From Nitrospiraceae bacterium (GTDB taxonomy: Bacteria > Nitrospirota > Nitrospiria > Nitrospirales > Nitrospiraceae): a DNA stretch of 64,000 bases. Position 1 is the first letter of the stretch; every line of letters begins with the position of its first letter. Positions 27,701 to 36,949 of the stretch are shown piece after piece. A program made the translations under genes and the position numbers. The notes beneath the pieces were generated by a model. That model saw nothing but the letters and a program-made list of their open reading frames with translations, was not told the origin of the DNA and did not search any database. The stretch spans positions 1 to 64,000 of the forward strand of contig JBBIQV010000008.1 of the NCBI GenBank assembly GCA_037442105.1, written 5' to 3'.

Positions 27701-28884
27701 TCACGCTGACAGGCTCGACGGCCATCAATGGGACCGGCAATGCGCTCGACAACGTGTTGACCGGCAACTTGGAAGCCAATGTATTGGATGGAGGCGAGGG
27801 AGCCGATGTGCTGGTCGGGGGCCGTGGCGATGACGTGCTCGACGGCGGCACGGGAGACGATACGTACCGGTATCAGCTCGGTGATGGGCTTGACCGGGTT
27901 TCGGATGGGGCCGGCGCCGATACCGTGCAATTCGGACCGGGCATCTCCTTTGACAGCACCGTGGTCCGGCTGATGGAAGCGGCAGAGAGCACGACCGCGC
28001 ACCTGCGGTTGTTAGATGAAGTGGGGAACGAGCTGACCGATCAGGGCCTGGACATCCGACTGGGCGCAGGCGGGACCTCGCCGATCGAACAGTTCACCTT
28101 TGCGGATGGCCGGACCGTGGCCCTGTCCGACCTTGTCATCGAGACCCGCGTAACGGAGGGGACCCGTCGGGGCGATGTCATCCGCACCGGGCGGCACGAT
28201 GATGTGATCTATGCCGGCAAGGGCGGCGACACCATCTACGCCGGTTCCGGGCACGACACGGTGTACGCCGGCAAAGGCGGCGATCGGATCTACGGCGAAG
28301 CGGGCCATGACTGCCTGTATGGAGAGAAGGGGCAAGATCTCTTGGACGGCGGCTCTGGCGATGATGTGCTCGACGGGGGAAACGGGAACGATACCTTGAT
28401 CGGCGGCCCGGGGACCGACAGGCTCTTGGGCGGGAAGGGCAAAGATACGCTCGACGGAGGGCCGGGCGATGATCTGCTGGATAGCGGCGAGGGCGACGAT
28501 ACGATCCGGTTCGGCCGCGGTGACGGCCATGACCAGCTCATCGGCCGGGCGCACAATCACGGCGACCGGGTCCTCTTCGGGACCGGCATCGGCATCGACC
28601 ATCTGTGGTTCACGCGAACCGGGAACGATCTGAACGTAGACGTACTGGGCGCCTCCGGGTCCGCCGACCGACTCACGATCACGGACTGGTACGACGACAA
28701 GCGTAACCGGGTCGATGAATTTCGGACCGCCGATGGATTCGAGCTGGAGGCGAAACAGGTCGACCAACTCCGTCAAGCGATGGCCGCCCTTGCGCCGCCG
28801 ACGCTGGGTTCTGATCTGAGCTTGCCGCCCGAGCTCAGCAATCAACTCGCTCCTGAACTGGCCGCGGCCTGGGACCATGCCTAG
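21733..28884 (+). CDS. RTX Ca-binding protein with N-terminal alpha/beta-hydrolase (lipase class 3/DUF2974-like) domain, 2383 aa
   Basis: SGFEA..F...EIVISYAGT, FTGHSLGGGLA, FDQAPF, LHSQ; dozens of GGxGxDxLx nonapeptides; RTX-type C-terminus (LWFTRTGNDL...ITDWY...VDQLRQAMA); GGAGG RBS. Confidence 0.93.
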   Translation: MPTEVEYALMAGHAYRTTRDEINWIPVPQGWTPFSHVPDPATPSFPTTSGFEAISFQRGAEIVISYAGTDPADLLGDIAADIGLATGVGSAQLLQAAEYYLQVQAANPTANITFTGHSLGGGLAALMGVFFGKRAVTFDQAPFANSAELNVLTPNVAANLKADLLTRGYSDAALQGLTDFLALRDATGGIPNSSLVDSINVQGEFLSGVPWNIPDRIGIPVTIPNSAPDVSGFDLHSQALLTAFVQSIQTAAPQQTLHDVTFKLTDLMGMIFSNSLFARSTGTANTTERNFLERLVQNETGNAMVTRFTDDLWKLAKDGGLTIADDPTAATNLVSKALTAFAMQMYYENTANAVNANKELFTEVTGGVQFDRADVAATLDQAKGYNLYFQNYLNSPAFTDTELQLIQSLLPALRDWYVQAGASGMNATDTLNRGAFLLGGNDADSLTGGTQADVLVGNAGIDTLDGRGGNDVLLGGPGFDTYVYNTGEGTDRIEDPQGQNAVLFDQHLLQGGIRRVTDPVNTYRSPDGRFSYVQSGSDLIVNGSLTIKDWQPGQFGIRLFGEADYAPVTRTEFQKIDHYIQVGNAPDGTPLFEPVYAPFFDDNGNNTQLASWELGALTPPIGNENNLIHALGGNDTVISGEGDDQLYGDDGDDRLEGSGGHDRLYGGAGNDTINGDTSFALTGGNDYLDGGEGDDLLLGNAGSDVILGGAGNDNLNGDDGQAETAGSYGTDFLYGGDGDDELHGAGGADVLVGGSGQDLLIGDTTQYQGGTPEVGGGDALDGGDGDDQLFGLYGDDVLSGGLGHDLVNGQDGNDVLYGGDGNDTLSGDLRVRPANGLYDTAEHRGAGGNDLLDGGAGIDFLYGGEGDDFLRGGADNDSLYGDYNPSRFPVSTYMEIAGGNDTLNGIATVWGNDVLDGGEGNDELYGGDGNDILSGRDGDDALYGGDGVDRLDGGAGVDILDGGFGDDELHGGDGNDYLVAGLGNDALYGEDGDDRLSSGTESGPANSILDGGSGNDTYVIDSASDTVLESAGNGIDTVETAFDYVLPENVENLTVSGGYTGTGNALDNVLRGPFQSRLDGRAGNDTLVDAGTYVFGRGYAHDTIIETDTSSTPYFPGGAGDTIEFAADVLPDQVSWQRSGNDLILNITGSTDTLTIPSFYTVLFNQGGYLFSSNLYVPDQIINTIFASYYVAPAQVERVQFVDGTIWGPDTFDAPMIGAYYANSYTFGRGDGQDSILDFDFTGEGARDVLQIGTGVLPSDITVSRVGDNLLLGINDTSDQLTVQSHFASVFVRPFFLFSGKTVSAYQLEQVQFTDGTLWDAAAINSQIRDITGTEAADFLQGNANDNTIRGLGGDDTLHGQQGADVLDGGLGNDQLFGGEGSDTYLFGRGAGHDYVVDFDATGSDVEAIRLGAGISPSDVTVQAGEFVGDLDLMIHGTPDKMTWGNFFSGFNYHIDQVVFEDGTVWDTQALLAHGTGRAVVGTDDADVLVGSPFNDVLDGLGGDDYLIGDAGADTLSGGEGSDLLDGGAGNDTLWGGPSGIGGSGEGGGGEEGPAATVEALDEGGEGSLGGFGADFLIGGAGHDTYLFNLGDGIDTIEDVAAAGEGNRIQFGAGIAQADLTFLQEGTVLTIQVGVNGDAIRLTNFDPSNVSGSLVVETLAFDDGSQVGLAGLLGPTITEGDDIIATGAGDQTIDAKGGNDTVDTGADNDQLTGGTGNDQLAGGSGDDTYVFNLGDGVDTITDTALPGEGNTLSFGPGIAPADLSLGVGSLLVQVGPAGEAIHLTTFDPQNVYGPHTVETFRFADGTTLSYRQLLDRGFDLTGTAGDDTMTGTNVVDRITGLGGNDLLQSGDGDDVLDGGVGADRLIGGAGHDTYVIDESGDLVIEGVNEGTDTVHSSITYTIGANVEHLALTGTDAINGIGNELSNVLTGNSAANLLDGQSGADRLLGGKGDDTYVVDDPNDVVIEQAEEGTDTVLSTVSYRLGANVEHLTLTGSTAINGTGNALDNVLTGNLEANVLDGGEGADVLVGGRGDDVLDGGTGDDTYRYQLGDGLDRVSDGAGADTVQFGPGISFDSTVVRLMEAAESTTAHLRLLDEVGNELTDQGLDIRLGAGGTSPIEQFTFADGRTVALSDLVIETRVTEGTRRGDVIRTGRHDDVIYAGKGGDTIYAGSGHDTVYAGKGGDRIYGEAGHDCLYGEKGQDLLDGGSGDDVLDGGNGNDTLIGGPGTDRLLGGKGKDTLDGGPGDDLLDSGEGDDTIRFGRGDGHDQLIGRAHNHGDRVLFGTGIGIDHLWFTRTGNDLNVDVLGASGSADRLTITDWYDDKRNRVDEFRTADGFELEAKQVDQLRQAMAALAPPTLGSDLSLPPELSNQLAPELAAAWDHA

Positions 28885-28894
28885 CAGTTTGGTG

Positions 28895-29131
28895 CTAGGC
28901 GTCCGCGACGATATGCGTGTCGGTCTCTTCGACCCCTTCAATCGCGTGAATTTTGGTGATGACCACTTCGGACAACGCGCGCTCATCCTGGACGCTGATG
29001 AAGACGAATATATCCGGCTGGCCGAAACAGGAATGGGCCTGTTCGACACCCGACAACTTCTTTAACGAGGCCAGGACATCTTTCGTCCTGCCGGCTTTGA
29101 CTTTGATCAGGATGTACGCTTTCGTCGCCAT
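28895..29131 (-). CDS. Stand-alone Lrp/AsnC ligand-binding (RAM) domain protein
   Basis: KAYILIKV..G, FGQPDI, IHAIEGVEETDTHI; AGGAG RBS. Confidence 0.9.
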   Translation of the reverse strand: MATKAYILIKVKAGRTKDVLASLKKLSGVEQAHSCFGQPDIFVFISVQDERALSEVVITKIHAIEGVEETDTHIVADA

Positions 29132-29178
29132 CGCACAGCTCCTTTCGTTGACCGGTTTGCGAACACACCCATTCCAAT

Positions 29179-30750
29179 CTACTGAAGCCCACCGCGGCCT
29201 CCCGGCATCTCACGTCGCTTCGCCACATAGACTTGATGCACGTCCTTGCCACGTGTAATCAACGCTTGCTGCGCATCATAAAAGGTGCGGATTAATAAGT
29301 CTAAGTCCCTGAGGTCCAGGTTGAATTCCCGCAACCCCTCCTGAAATCGCTGCTGATCCCAATTTCCCCGCTGAGTTCCGAACTCGACGATCGCTTCGAT
29401 CGTCTCCGATGTCCACCCATCGGTCTGAAACGCGGCGGCAGCCTCCGAGTCGCGCTCGCGCAGTTTGCGTTCGAGCGCCTGTGAGAAGTACCGGCGGACC
29501 TCCGGGTGAGTACTCTTCATGAAGGCCGACTGAAATTGAATCAAGGCTTTGATCAGTTGATTGGCTTCGGCTGTTCCCTCAGGCGGCAGCACACCAGCCT
29601 CAAGAAACGTCGCCAGTAGGGCCATCACCGCTCCTACTTGCTGCGGGGTTGCGCGACTGCGGGCAGGGCTCTCCTTGCCGGATGTCGAGCCGGCGACAGG
29701 CGGGTGGAAGACCTCTGTGACATTGCTGAACGAACCACCAGGCGTAGGTCCGCCGGCCAGCACATAGACCAGATCCTTCACCACAGCGGAGCCGAGGCCA
29801 TGCCGTCCGGTCGGCATCGGAGCCATCGACTTCCACTGGTTGGACACGGCATCGTAAGCTTCATTGGTTCGAAAGGTTCCTTCAGGAGACTCTCCGCCCA
29901 AGACGTAGATCATGGTGCCGACAGCCGCCGCCGTGATCCCGCTTCTCGCAGTCGGCAGATCGGCCATGCGCGACCAGCTCCCAGTCGCCGGGTCGAACGC
30001 GTCAACGACGGAGAGATTCTTTCCATAATCACCATTGAGCCGCCCACCGATGGCGTAGGTGCGGCCGCCTGCACTCACTGCCGCCAGGTGGTCGCGAGGA
30101 GTCGGAAGCGGGGCCAGACTTGCCCATTGATTCGCGGAGAGATCGTACACCTCGACGGCTGCGGAGTTCGCGGTCCCGTCGTAGCCTCCGATGGCGAAGA
30201 TCTTTCCACCGTGCTGAGCGACCGCCAAGGCACCCCGTGCAGTGGGCATGGGAGGTCCTTCCGTCCATGTGTCCGACGACGGGTTATACACATAGAGTGT
30301 GGCCAGTGGTTGCCAGTTGGAGAAGAAAGACTGGGTGTAGCCTCCAACAACATACAGTCGTTCTCCAATTGCCGCAGCACCTGCGTGATGAATTGTGATG
30401 GGCAGGGGAGCCTTTGCCGACCAGCGGTCAGTGGCAGGATCGTATGCTTCAACGACGTCCGTGATAGCCAATCTGGTCCGATTGATCGAGCTTGGTTCGC
30501 TGAAGCCCCCGACCACATAGATTTTTCCATCGACCGCTGCGGCAGTGACTTCTGTCCGTTTCGTGGGAGCCGGAGCGGCCTGTCGCCACGAGCCGAGACC
30601 AGCCGATTCGGTCGGCTGAAAGGCATGCCCTATGGAGTCGAACGTTGAGAAATGGGCCAGGAAGACAATCGCAGCACCGGCGACCAAGCGAACCGAGGAA
30701 AGCCGTCGCCCAAGAGGGGTGCACCCTGGGAAATCATTCCGGAGGCGCAT
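29179..30750 (-). CDS. Kelch-repeat beta-propeller protein with extra helical C-terminal domain
   Basis: Six Kelch repeats (IYVVGG...YDP..DRW, LYVVGG, IFAIGG, YAIGG, IYVLGG, VYVLAGG); start at MRLRND. Confidence 0.85.
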   Translation of the reverse strand: MRLRNDFPGCTPLGRRLSSVRLVAGAAIVFLAHFSTFDSIGHAFQPTESAGLGSWRQAAPAPTKRTEVTAAAVDGKIYVVGGFSEPSSINRTRLAITDVVEAYDPATDRWSAKAPLPITIHHAGAAAIGERLYVVGGYTQSFFSNWQPLATLYVYNPSSDTWTEGPPMPTARGALAVAQHGGKIFAIGGYDGTANSAAVEVYDLSANQWASLAPLPTPRDHLAAVSAGGRTYAIGGRLNGDYGKNLSVVDAFDPATGSWSRMADLPTARSGITAAAVGTMIYVLGGESPEGTFRTNEAYDAVSNQWKSMAPMPTGRHGLGSAVVKDLVYVLAGGPTPGGSFSNVTEVFHPPVAGSTSGKESPARSRATPQQVGAVMALLATFLEAGVLPPEGTAEANQLIKALIQFQSAFMKSTHPEVRRYFSQALERKLRERDSEAAAAFQTDGWTSETIEAIVEFGTQRGNWDQQRFQEGLREFNLDLRDLDLLIRTFYDAQQALITRGKDVHQVYVAKRREMPGGRGGLQ

Positions 30751-30837
30751 GGCGCGATTATACAGAGACTGCCTGAGGCATTCCAGTTGATGAATAGCCG
30801 GTCGATCGCAATAACTCTCGCTTTGCTTTCGCCTGTG

Positions 30838-30867
30838 TTGAAATGCCACGGAACGACTGCCTATAAT
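30838..30867 (+). promoter_or_regulatory. Sigma70-type promoter of comM
   Basis: TTGAAA-18 nt-TATAAT. Confidence 0.65.
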
Positions 30868-30925
30868 CGCCGCGGCGCATCGTCGGTGTAAGAACTGCGA
30901 CGGCTGAGAAAAGTGGGAGGAAGGT

Positions 30926-32455
30926 GTGCTGGCTAAAGTCACCAGCGCTGCGGTGGTCGGGCTTGAGGCGCACTTGATCGATGTGGAAGTCGACATTGCA
31001 GGAGGGCTTCCACAGTTTTCTGTGGTGGGACTTCCGGACGCCACCGTCCGAGAGAGCCGGGATCGTGTGCGGGCGGCGTTGAAGAACACGGGCTTTCATT
31101 TTCCCATCAAGAAAATTACCGTCAACTTGGCGCCTGCCGGTCTGAAGAAAGAGGGCTCCGGGCTGGATCTCGCTATCGCGATCGGTATCTTGGTCGCCGA
31201 AGACGTCTTGCCGGCCGAATCGGTCGAGCGGAAGGTGTTGGTCGGTGAACTGTCGCTGGATGGGCGGATCAAGCCGATCACCGGGGCGCTGTCCATCGGG
31301 ATGGTCTGCCGAAGAAGCCACAGCTTGCTTCTTCCCGCCGAAAATGCCTCGGAAGCCGCGATGGTCGAAGGCGTGTCGGCTTTTCCTCTTCATACCTTGC
31401 CCGAAGCCGTCGAATTCCTCCGTGGCAACCAACCGGTTCTGCCGGCTGTCGCGGCTCAGGATGGGCTCCTGACCGCTCGGTCCGTTGAAGATGAAGATTT
31501 TGCCGATGTGAAGGGACAAGAGCAGGCCAAGCGCGCACTCGAAGTGGCTGCCGCAGGAGGACACAATCTGCTGATGATCGGCCCGCCTGGTTCCGGCAAG
31601 ACGATGCTGGCGCGCCGTATCCCGACCATTCTGCCGCTGCTCCAGCAAGAGGAGTCCATAGAAACGACGCGTGTTCACAGTGTGTCCGGTCTCTTGAACG
31701 ACGGCACTCCGCTCATCACCGTGCGTCCCTTTCGCGCTCCGCATCATAGTATTTCGGACGCGGGACTGATCGGCGGCGGCACGGTGCCGAAGCCGGGCGA
31801 AGTTTCGCTGGCACATAACGGGGTGTTGTTCTTGGACGAGATCCTCGAGTTCAAACGGCCGGTTCTGGACGGGTTGCGGCAGCCGCTCGAAGACGGGACG
31901 GTGGTGCTGACTCGAGCCAGCGGGTCCCTGCGGTACCCGTCTCGCTTCATGCTCGTGGCGGCGATGAATCCCTGTCCCTGCGGGTATTACGGCGACCGCT
32001 CGCGGGAATGTGTCTGCACGCCTCATCAAGTAAGGCGCTATCGGAGCCGGCTCTCCGGTCCCTTGTTGGACCGGCTGGATCTTCACGTCGAGGTGCCGCC
32101 CGTCCATGTGCGCGAGTTGCGGGACGAAGGACCGACTCCGGAAAACTCCGCCGTGATCCGCGCGCGTGTGTTAGGGGCGCGCACGAGGCAGGCGGATCGG
32201 TACAAAGGGGAGAAGATCTATACGAACGCCCAGCTCAAGCCGAGGCATCTCAAGCGGTACTGCCGGCTTGATGGACCGAGCCGCGATATGCTCGAACACG
32301 CCATGACTCGTTTGGGTCTTTCGGCACGAGCTCACGGGCGCATCCTCCGCGTGGCACGGACGATCGCGGACTTGGCAGGTGAGGAGACGATACAGTCCAG
32401 CCATGTTGCGGAGGCTATTCAATATCGAAGCTATGATCGGCGGATTGAATCCTGA
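30926..32455 (+). CDS. comM: YifB/ComM Mg-chelatase-like AAA+ ATPase
   Basis: VGLPDATVRESRDRV, NLAPA, GELSLDG, GPPGSGKT, FRAPHH, PGEVSLAHNGVLFLDE, MNPCPCG, SGPLLDRLD. Confidence 0.95.
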   Translation: MLAKVTSAAVVGLEAHLIDVEVDIAGGLPQFSVVGLPDATVRESRDRVRAALKNTGFHFPIKKITVNLAPAGLKKEGSGLDLAIAIGILVAEDVLPAESVERKVLVGELSLDGRIKPITGALSIGMVCRRSHSLLLPAENASEAAMVEGVSAFPLHTLPEAVEFLRGNQPVLPAVAAQDGLLTARSVEDEDFADVKGQEQAKRALEVAAAGGHNLLMIGPPGSGKTMLARRIPTILPLLQQEESIETTRVHSVSGLLNDGTPLITVRPFRAPHHSISDAGLIGGGTVPKPGEVSLAHNGVLFLDEILEFKRPVLDGLRQPLEDGTVVLTRASGSLRYPSRFMLVAAMNPCPCGYYGDRSRECVCTPHQVRRYRSRLSGPLLDRLDLHVEVPPVHVRELRDEGPTPENSAVIRARVLGARTRQADRYKGEKIYTNAQLKPRHLKRYCRLDGPSRDMLEHAMTRLGLSARAHGRILRVARTIADLAGEETIQSSHVAEAIQYRSYDRRIES

Positions 32456-32470
32456 CGGGGAGTGCCGCCC

Positions 32471-32677
32471 ATGATCAGAGTGTTCGCTTGGTGGTTTGTG
32501 ATCGGGGCCACGATGGCGTTGGCGGTCATCATGCTGCAGGGCGGCATTCGCGAGGTGATGCAGGCGCAGGGATCGTTATGGGAAGTCAAACTCGTGGAGT
32601 TGCTCACGGCGATCGTCGGCGGTGGGCTGCTCGGTGGGTGTATCGCTCTGATTTTGGATCGGATCAAGAAGCCATAA
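32471..32677 (+). CDS. Small two-TM membrane protein
   Basis: Two hydrophobic segments; fills the operon gap. Confidence 0.6.
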   Translation: MIRVFAWWFVIGATMALAVIMLQGGIREVMQAQGSLWEVKLVELLTAIVGGGLLGGCIALILDRIKKP

Positions 32678-32716
32678 TGGGCGCGGGGCACGAGGCAATG
32701 GGTGACGGAGGAACAT

Positions 32717-33142
32717 ATGGACATTGAAATCGGATCGAACCTGTACAGCAACACGGACGGTACGGTCGAGGTCGAGGGCGTGCCGCAGCTCCATCTGTCC
32801 ATCAAGAAACCGTCCGGTGCCCTTCTCGTGAACTTCGCCCTGTTTGACGGGGCCGGCAAACTGCAAGCCAAACTTGTCGACAGCAGCCTCGCATTTAACG
32901 AACGGCGTGCGTATGAATTGTCGAAGACAACCACCGGCCTCCTACTCAAACACAGCGCGTCGGGGACAGTGATTCTGCAGTTAGACCTCATACAGCCGGA
33001 TCGTGTGATCTTCAACCTGGGCGAGTTCCACACGATCAAGGGACATCTCTTCCAGGTCTCACCGACGGAGTGGAAGGTAGACAAGCACCAATTGAGCGGC
33101 CGCAAAACCGATTCGAAAGGCGGGGCTGTGGTGATCGGTTAG
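32717..33142 (+). CDS. Hypothetical beta-rich protein
   Basis: [15 protein letters not shown]...; GGAGG RBS; stop overlaps the clpB stop. Confidence 0.75.
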   Translation: MDIEIGSNLYSNTDGTVEVEGVPQLHLSIKKPSGALLVNFALFDGAGKLQAKLVDSSLAFNERRAYELSKTTTGLLLKHSASGTVILQLDLIQPDRVIFNLGEFHTIKGHLFQVSPTEWKVDKHQLSGRKTDSKGGAVVIG

Positions 33143-35742
33143 CTTGCGCAGGCTTCAACCGTCGGAATAATCACGATCTGGTCGTCCTTCACATCCACCG
33201 TCGCCGTTTCTCCGTCCCGGAGTTCCCCCTTCACCAGATGTCGCGCCAAGGGAGTCTCGATCTCTTGTTGCACCAGTCGCTTTAACGGACGAGCTCCGTA
33301 CACAGGATCGTATCCGCGCGTTCCGAGTCGTGTGAGTGCCGCCGGCGTCACCGCGAGCTTGATGCGTCGCTCGGCCAGTCGCTTACGCAGGCGATCGAGC
33401 TGGATATCGACGATCTTGATCAGATGGTCTCCGCTGAGCGGATGGAAGACGACGATCTCATCCACCCTATTCAAGAATTCCGGTCGAAGATGCCGGCGGA
33501 GTTCCCCCAGGACCATCGACCGCATTTGCTCGTAGGGCTGTCCCGCCTGCTGAGACTCCAAAATATGCTGGCTCCCGATGTTGGACGTCATGATCAGGAC
33601 GGTGTTCTTGAAATCGACCGTCCTCCCCTGGGAGTCCGTCAGGCGTCCGTCGTCCAGTACCTGGAGGAAGATATTGAACACGTCGTAGTGTGCTTTCTCG
33701 ATCTCATCGAACAGGATGACCGAGAAGGGATGGCGCCGGACTGCTTCCGTGAGCTGCCCCCCTTCTTCATACCCCACGTAGCCGGGAGGCGCACCGATCA
33801 GACGGGCGACGGTGTGTTTCTCCATGTACTCGGACATGTCGATGCGGATGAGGTTTGCTTCGTCATCAAAGAGCGTTGCCGCTAAAGCTCTGGCCAACTC
33901 CGTTTTCCCCACGCCCGTGGGACCCAAGAAAAGAAACGACCCGATGGGACGGTTTGGATCTTTGATGCCGGACCGTGCCCGTACGACGGCATCGGCCACC
34001 GCGCGAACGGCTTCGTCTTGCCCGACGACCCGCTGGTGCAAGAGGTCTTCGAGCTTGAGCAATTTCTCCATTTCGCCTTCGACGAGACGGCTGACCGGGA
34101 TGCCGGTCCAGCGGCTGACCACGGAGGCGATATCGTCTTCATCGACTTCTTCCTTGAGCAACCGGCTCTCGCCTTGCTTTTTGACGAGATGTTGCTGTTC
34201 AATCGCCAGTTCGCGCTCCAAGCGCGGAAGCTCTCCGTAGCGCAATTCGGCCACCCGATTCAGATCGTAGGCTCGCTCCGATTTCTCGATGGCGAGCTTC
34301 ACCTCTTCCATCTGCCGGCGGATCGTGCGGAGCCGCGCGACCGAGGCTTTTTCCGATTCCCAACGGGTCTTCAAGGCTTGGAGGTCGCGATTTTTCTCGC
34401 TGAGCTCCTGTTCGAGCGTGCCCAGCCTGGCCTTGCTGGCGGGGTCCTGCTCCTTCCGCAAGGCTTCCCGCTCGATTTCCAGTTGCATGACCTTGCGGGA
34501 CACCTCGTCCAGTTCCGCGGGAAGACTGTCGATCTCGGTGCGCAGCCGGGCCGCTGCTTCATCCACCAGGTCGATGGCTTTGTCCGGCAAAAAACGATCG
34601 GCGATGTACCGATGGGAGAGTTTGGCGGCCGCTACCAGCGCCGCGTCCTTGATCCTGACGCCATGATGGACCTCGTATCGCTCCTTCAGGCCGCGCAGGA
34701 TCGAGATGGTGTTTTCCACGGTCGGCTGGTCGATAAGCACCGTTTGGAATCGCCGTTCCAGCGCCGCATCCTTCTCGATGTGCTTGCGGTACTCGTCCAG
34801 CGTCGTGGCGCCGATCAAGTGGAGTTCTCCACGCGCGAGCATGGGCTTGAGCAAGTTTGCCGCATCCATCGCTCCTTCAGCCGCACCGGCTCCGACGACC
34901 GTGTGCAACTCGTCGATGAACAACAGCACCTGTCCCTGCGCCGCTTGGATTTCCTTGAGCACAGCCTTGAGGCGTTCTTCGAACTCGCCCCGGAACTTGG
35001 CTCCTGCCACGAGCGATCCCATGTCCAGCACGATCACACGCTTCTGCTTGAGCCCTTCGGGGACATCTCCCTTTACGATGCGCTGAGCCAGTCCCTCCAC
35101 AATGGCGGTTTTCCCGACGCCCGGTTCGCCGATCAGCACCGGATTATTCTTCGTCCTGCGGGATAAGATTTGAATGACGCGGCGGATTTCCTCATCTCGA
35201 CCGATGACGGGATCGAGCTTGCCTTGGCTTGCCAGCTTGGTCAAGTCGCGACCATACTTCTCAAGCGCCTGATAGGTTCCCTCCGGGTCCTGAGTGGTGA
35301 CCCGCTGATGACCCCGTACTTGCTGGAGCGCCGCCAAGAGTCGATCGCGCGTCAGCCCCAGACGTTTGAAGACCCCGCCCTCCTCCGCCATGGCCAGCAG
35401 GACATGTTCCACGCTGAGGAACTCATCCCGCAGTGCCTTCATCTCCTGTTCAGATCGAGTCAACAACTGGGCGAGACGGGGAGTGAGATGAATCTGACCG
35501 GGCCCGGCGCCGGGGCCCTGGACTTGGGGGATTTTCCCAAGCGCCTGTTCGACGGCCTGCCGAACCGCAGCGACCGACACGCCGGCCTGCTCCAGTAGGG
35601 CTCCCGTCATGCCGCCTTCCTGTTCCAGCAACGCGACCAGCACATGCTCGACATCCACACCCTGGTGGCTTCGGCGCATTGCATGGGCGGAGGCCGCCTG
35701 GACGGCGTCTTGGAGTTTCACGGTCATGCGGTTCATATCCAT
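33139..35742 (-). CDS. clpB: ATP-dependent chaperone ClpB
   Basis: GEPGVGKT and GPTGVGKT Walker A motifs, [11 protein letters not shown], coiled-coil middle domain, [17 protein letters not shown]. Confidence 0.98.
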   Translation of the reverse strand: MDMNRMTVKLQDAVQAASAHAMRRSHQGVDVEHVLVALLEQEGGMTGALLEQAGVSVAAVRQAVEQALGKIPQVQGPGAGPGQIHLTPRLAQLLTRSEQEMKALRDEFLSVEHVLLAMAEEGGVFKRLGLTRDRLLAALQQVRGHQRVTTQDPEGTYQALEKYGRDLTKLASQGKLDPVIGRDEEIRRVIQILSRRTKNNPVLIGEPGVGKTAIVEGLAQRIVKGDVPEGLKQKRVIVLDMGSLVAGAKFRGEFEERLKAVLKEIQAAQGQVLLFIDELHTVVGAGAAEGAMDAANLLKPMLARGELHLIGATTLDEYRKHIEKDAALERRFQTVLIDQPTVENTISILRGLKERYEVHHGVRIKDAALVAAAKLSHRYIADRFLPDKAIDLVDEAAARLRTEIDSLPAELDEVSRKVMQLEIEREALRKEQDPASKARLGTLEQELSEKNRDLQALKTRWESEKASVARLRTIRRQMEEVKLAIEKSERAYDLNRVAELRYGELPRLERELAIEQQHLVKKQGESRLLKEEVDEDDIASVVSRWTGIPVSRLVEGEMEKLLKLEDLLHQRVVGQDEAVRAVADAVVRARSGIKDPNRPIGSFLFLGPTGVGKTELARALAATLFDDEANLIRIDMSEYMEKHTVARLIGAPPGYVGYEEGGQLTEAVRRHPFSVILFDEIEKAHYDVFNIFLQVLDDGRLTDSQGRTVDFKNTVLIMTSNIGSQHILESQQAGQPYEQMRSMVLGELRRHLRPEFLNRVDEIVVFHPLSGDHLIKIVDIQLDRLRKRLAERRIKLAVTPAALTRLGTRGYDPVYGARPLKRLVQQEIETPLARHLVKGELRDGETATVDVKDDQIVIIPTVEACAS

Positions 35743-35920
35743 CGGAGACCTCCTATCCGTATGCCGGCATGTACCGCTCGGCCTTGGTCCGAGGTAATCA
35801 CATTCGATGGCAAGTCAATAGGAGTGGCTGACTGCCGCGAAACCATACTCTACTGTCTTTGAGGCGGTTGGTCGAGTCTTCCTTTTCTCGGCTTGACCGC
35901 ACGAGACCCTCCAGACTATT

Positions 35921-36775
35921 GTGCCGTACGACGAGATCACGAGTAGGAGACGGGTCGTGGGTAGTCTTATTGCCGGCATCCTTGGTCTGTACCGCGCAGC
36001 GGCTTGGTCGACGGTGCGTTCCTTCACTCGTGGCTGGATCACAATCATTGCCGTGATCGTCTTCAGCGGGTTGATGGTCCTTGCCACCATGGTTTCAGCG
36101 CCGCTCGGGATCGCCGGAGGATTTCTGCTCGGAGCGATCAATGCACTCTTGATCGGCGCGACCCTGAGCCTCATCGAACAATCTCTGAAAGGTATGCGCA
36201 CTCTTGGCATCCAGGATGTGCTCGGCAGTTTCGGTCGGTACTTTTGGGATGTGATCGGAGTCGGCTTTGTCCTGTGGGTGCCCTTGCTGTTGCTGGACGT
36301 TGGAATGAGCGCCAATCCTTACGGCGGGTTCATCTCGACGGCGGCACTGTTGCTCCTGTTCATTTTGCTGAATCCGGCTCCGGAGGTGATCTACCAAACT
36401 CGGCACGACTCTCCGCTTGATGTCATCAAAGCGAGTTATGAGTTTGTCTTGGAAAACTGGATCGAATGGTTCCTCCCTTTCGTGCTCGTCCTGGCGCCGC
36501 TCGGTCTGTCGTTTTTCTTCAGCCTGTCCGGCCGGTTAGGGCGAGGCGCGGGGCTCGACTTCTTCCAGGTCGTGATTGTGCCCTTCACCCTCCTGACCGC
36601 GTGGCTCTCCTACCTGGGCCTTCCTGAGGAGGTGAGCGCGGCGCTCGTGCTCTTGATGACTCCTCCACTGGCTGTGGCGCTGTTATGTTTTCGAGGACAT
36701 CTCTTTGCCGTCCTCTCTGGGTCCACTCGCCGGCAACGTTTGTTCCAGAGCCAATCGCAGCGGCAGGACGGTTAA
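35921..36775 (+). CDS. Hypothetical multi-pass membrane protein
   Basis: 284-aa ORF with multiple hydrophobic segments (LLNPAPEVIYQ, ENWIEW, FRGHLF). Confidence 0.75.
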   Translation: MPYDEITSRRRVVGSLIAGILGLYRAAAWSTVRSFTRGWITIIAVIVFSGLMVLATMVSAPLGIAGGFLLGAINALLIGATLSLIEQSLKGMRTLGIQDVLGSFGRYFWDVIGVGFVLWVPLLLLDVGMSANPYGGFISTAALLLLFILLNPAPEVIYQTRHDSPLDVIKASYEFVLENWIEWFLPFVLVLAPLGLSFFFSLSGRLGRGAGLDFFQVVIVPFTLLTAWLSYLGLPEEVSAALVLLMTPPLAVALLCFRGHLFAVLSGSTRRQRLFQSQSQRQDG

Positions 36776-36949
36776 CGTGCACCGGCTCGCGGGGCGCTCG
36801 CAACTCCCTGTCGTCCCGTGAACATCATGGCAGTGACCACGCCCCCATTATTTTCATAGAAGTTCTTGAGCGGACATGAAAAATGTTGTATGGGTTTACC
36901 TACACCTCGATGAAAACCGGCCTCTTCTGATCTAAAGAGGGTATGGGTA

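Noticed and set aside
28879..28900. GCCTAGCA-N6-TGCTAGGC hairpin containing both convergent stop codons
   Set aside because: Short; most simply a small bidirectional terminator or chance symmetry.
35743..35920. CIRCE/HrcA operator upstream of clpB
   Set aside because: No TTAGCACTC-N9-GAGTGCTAA match seen.
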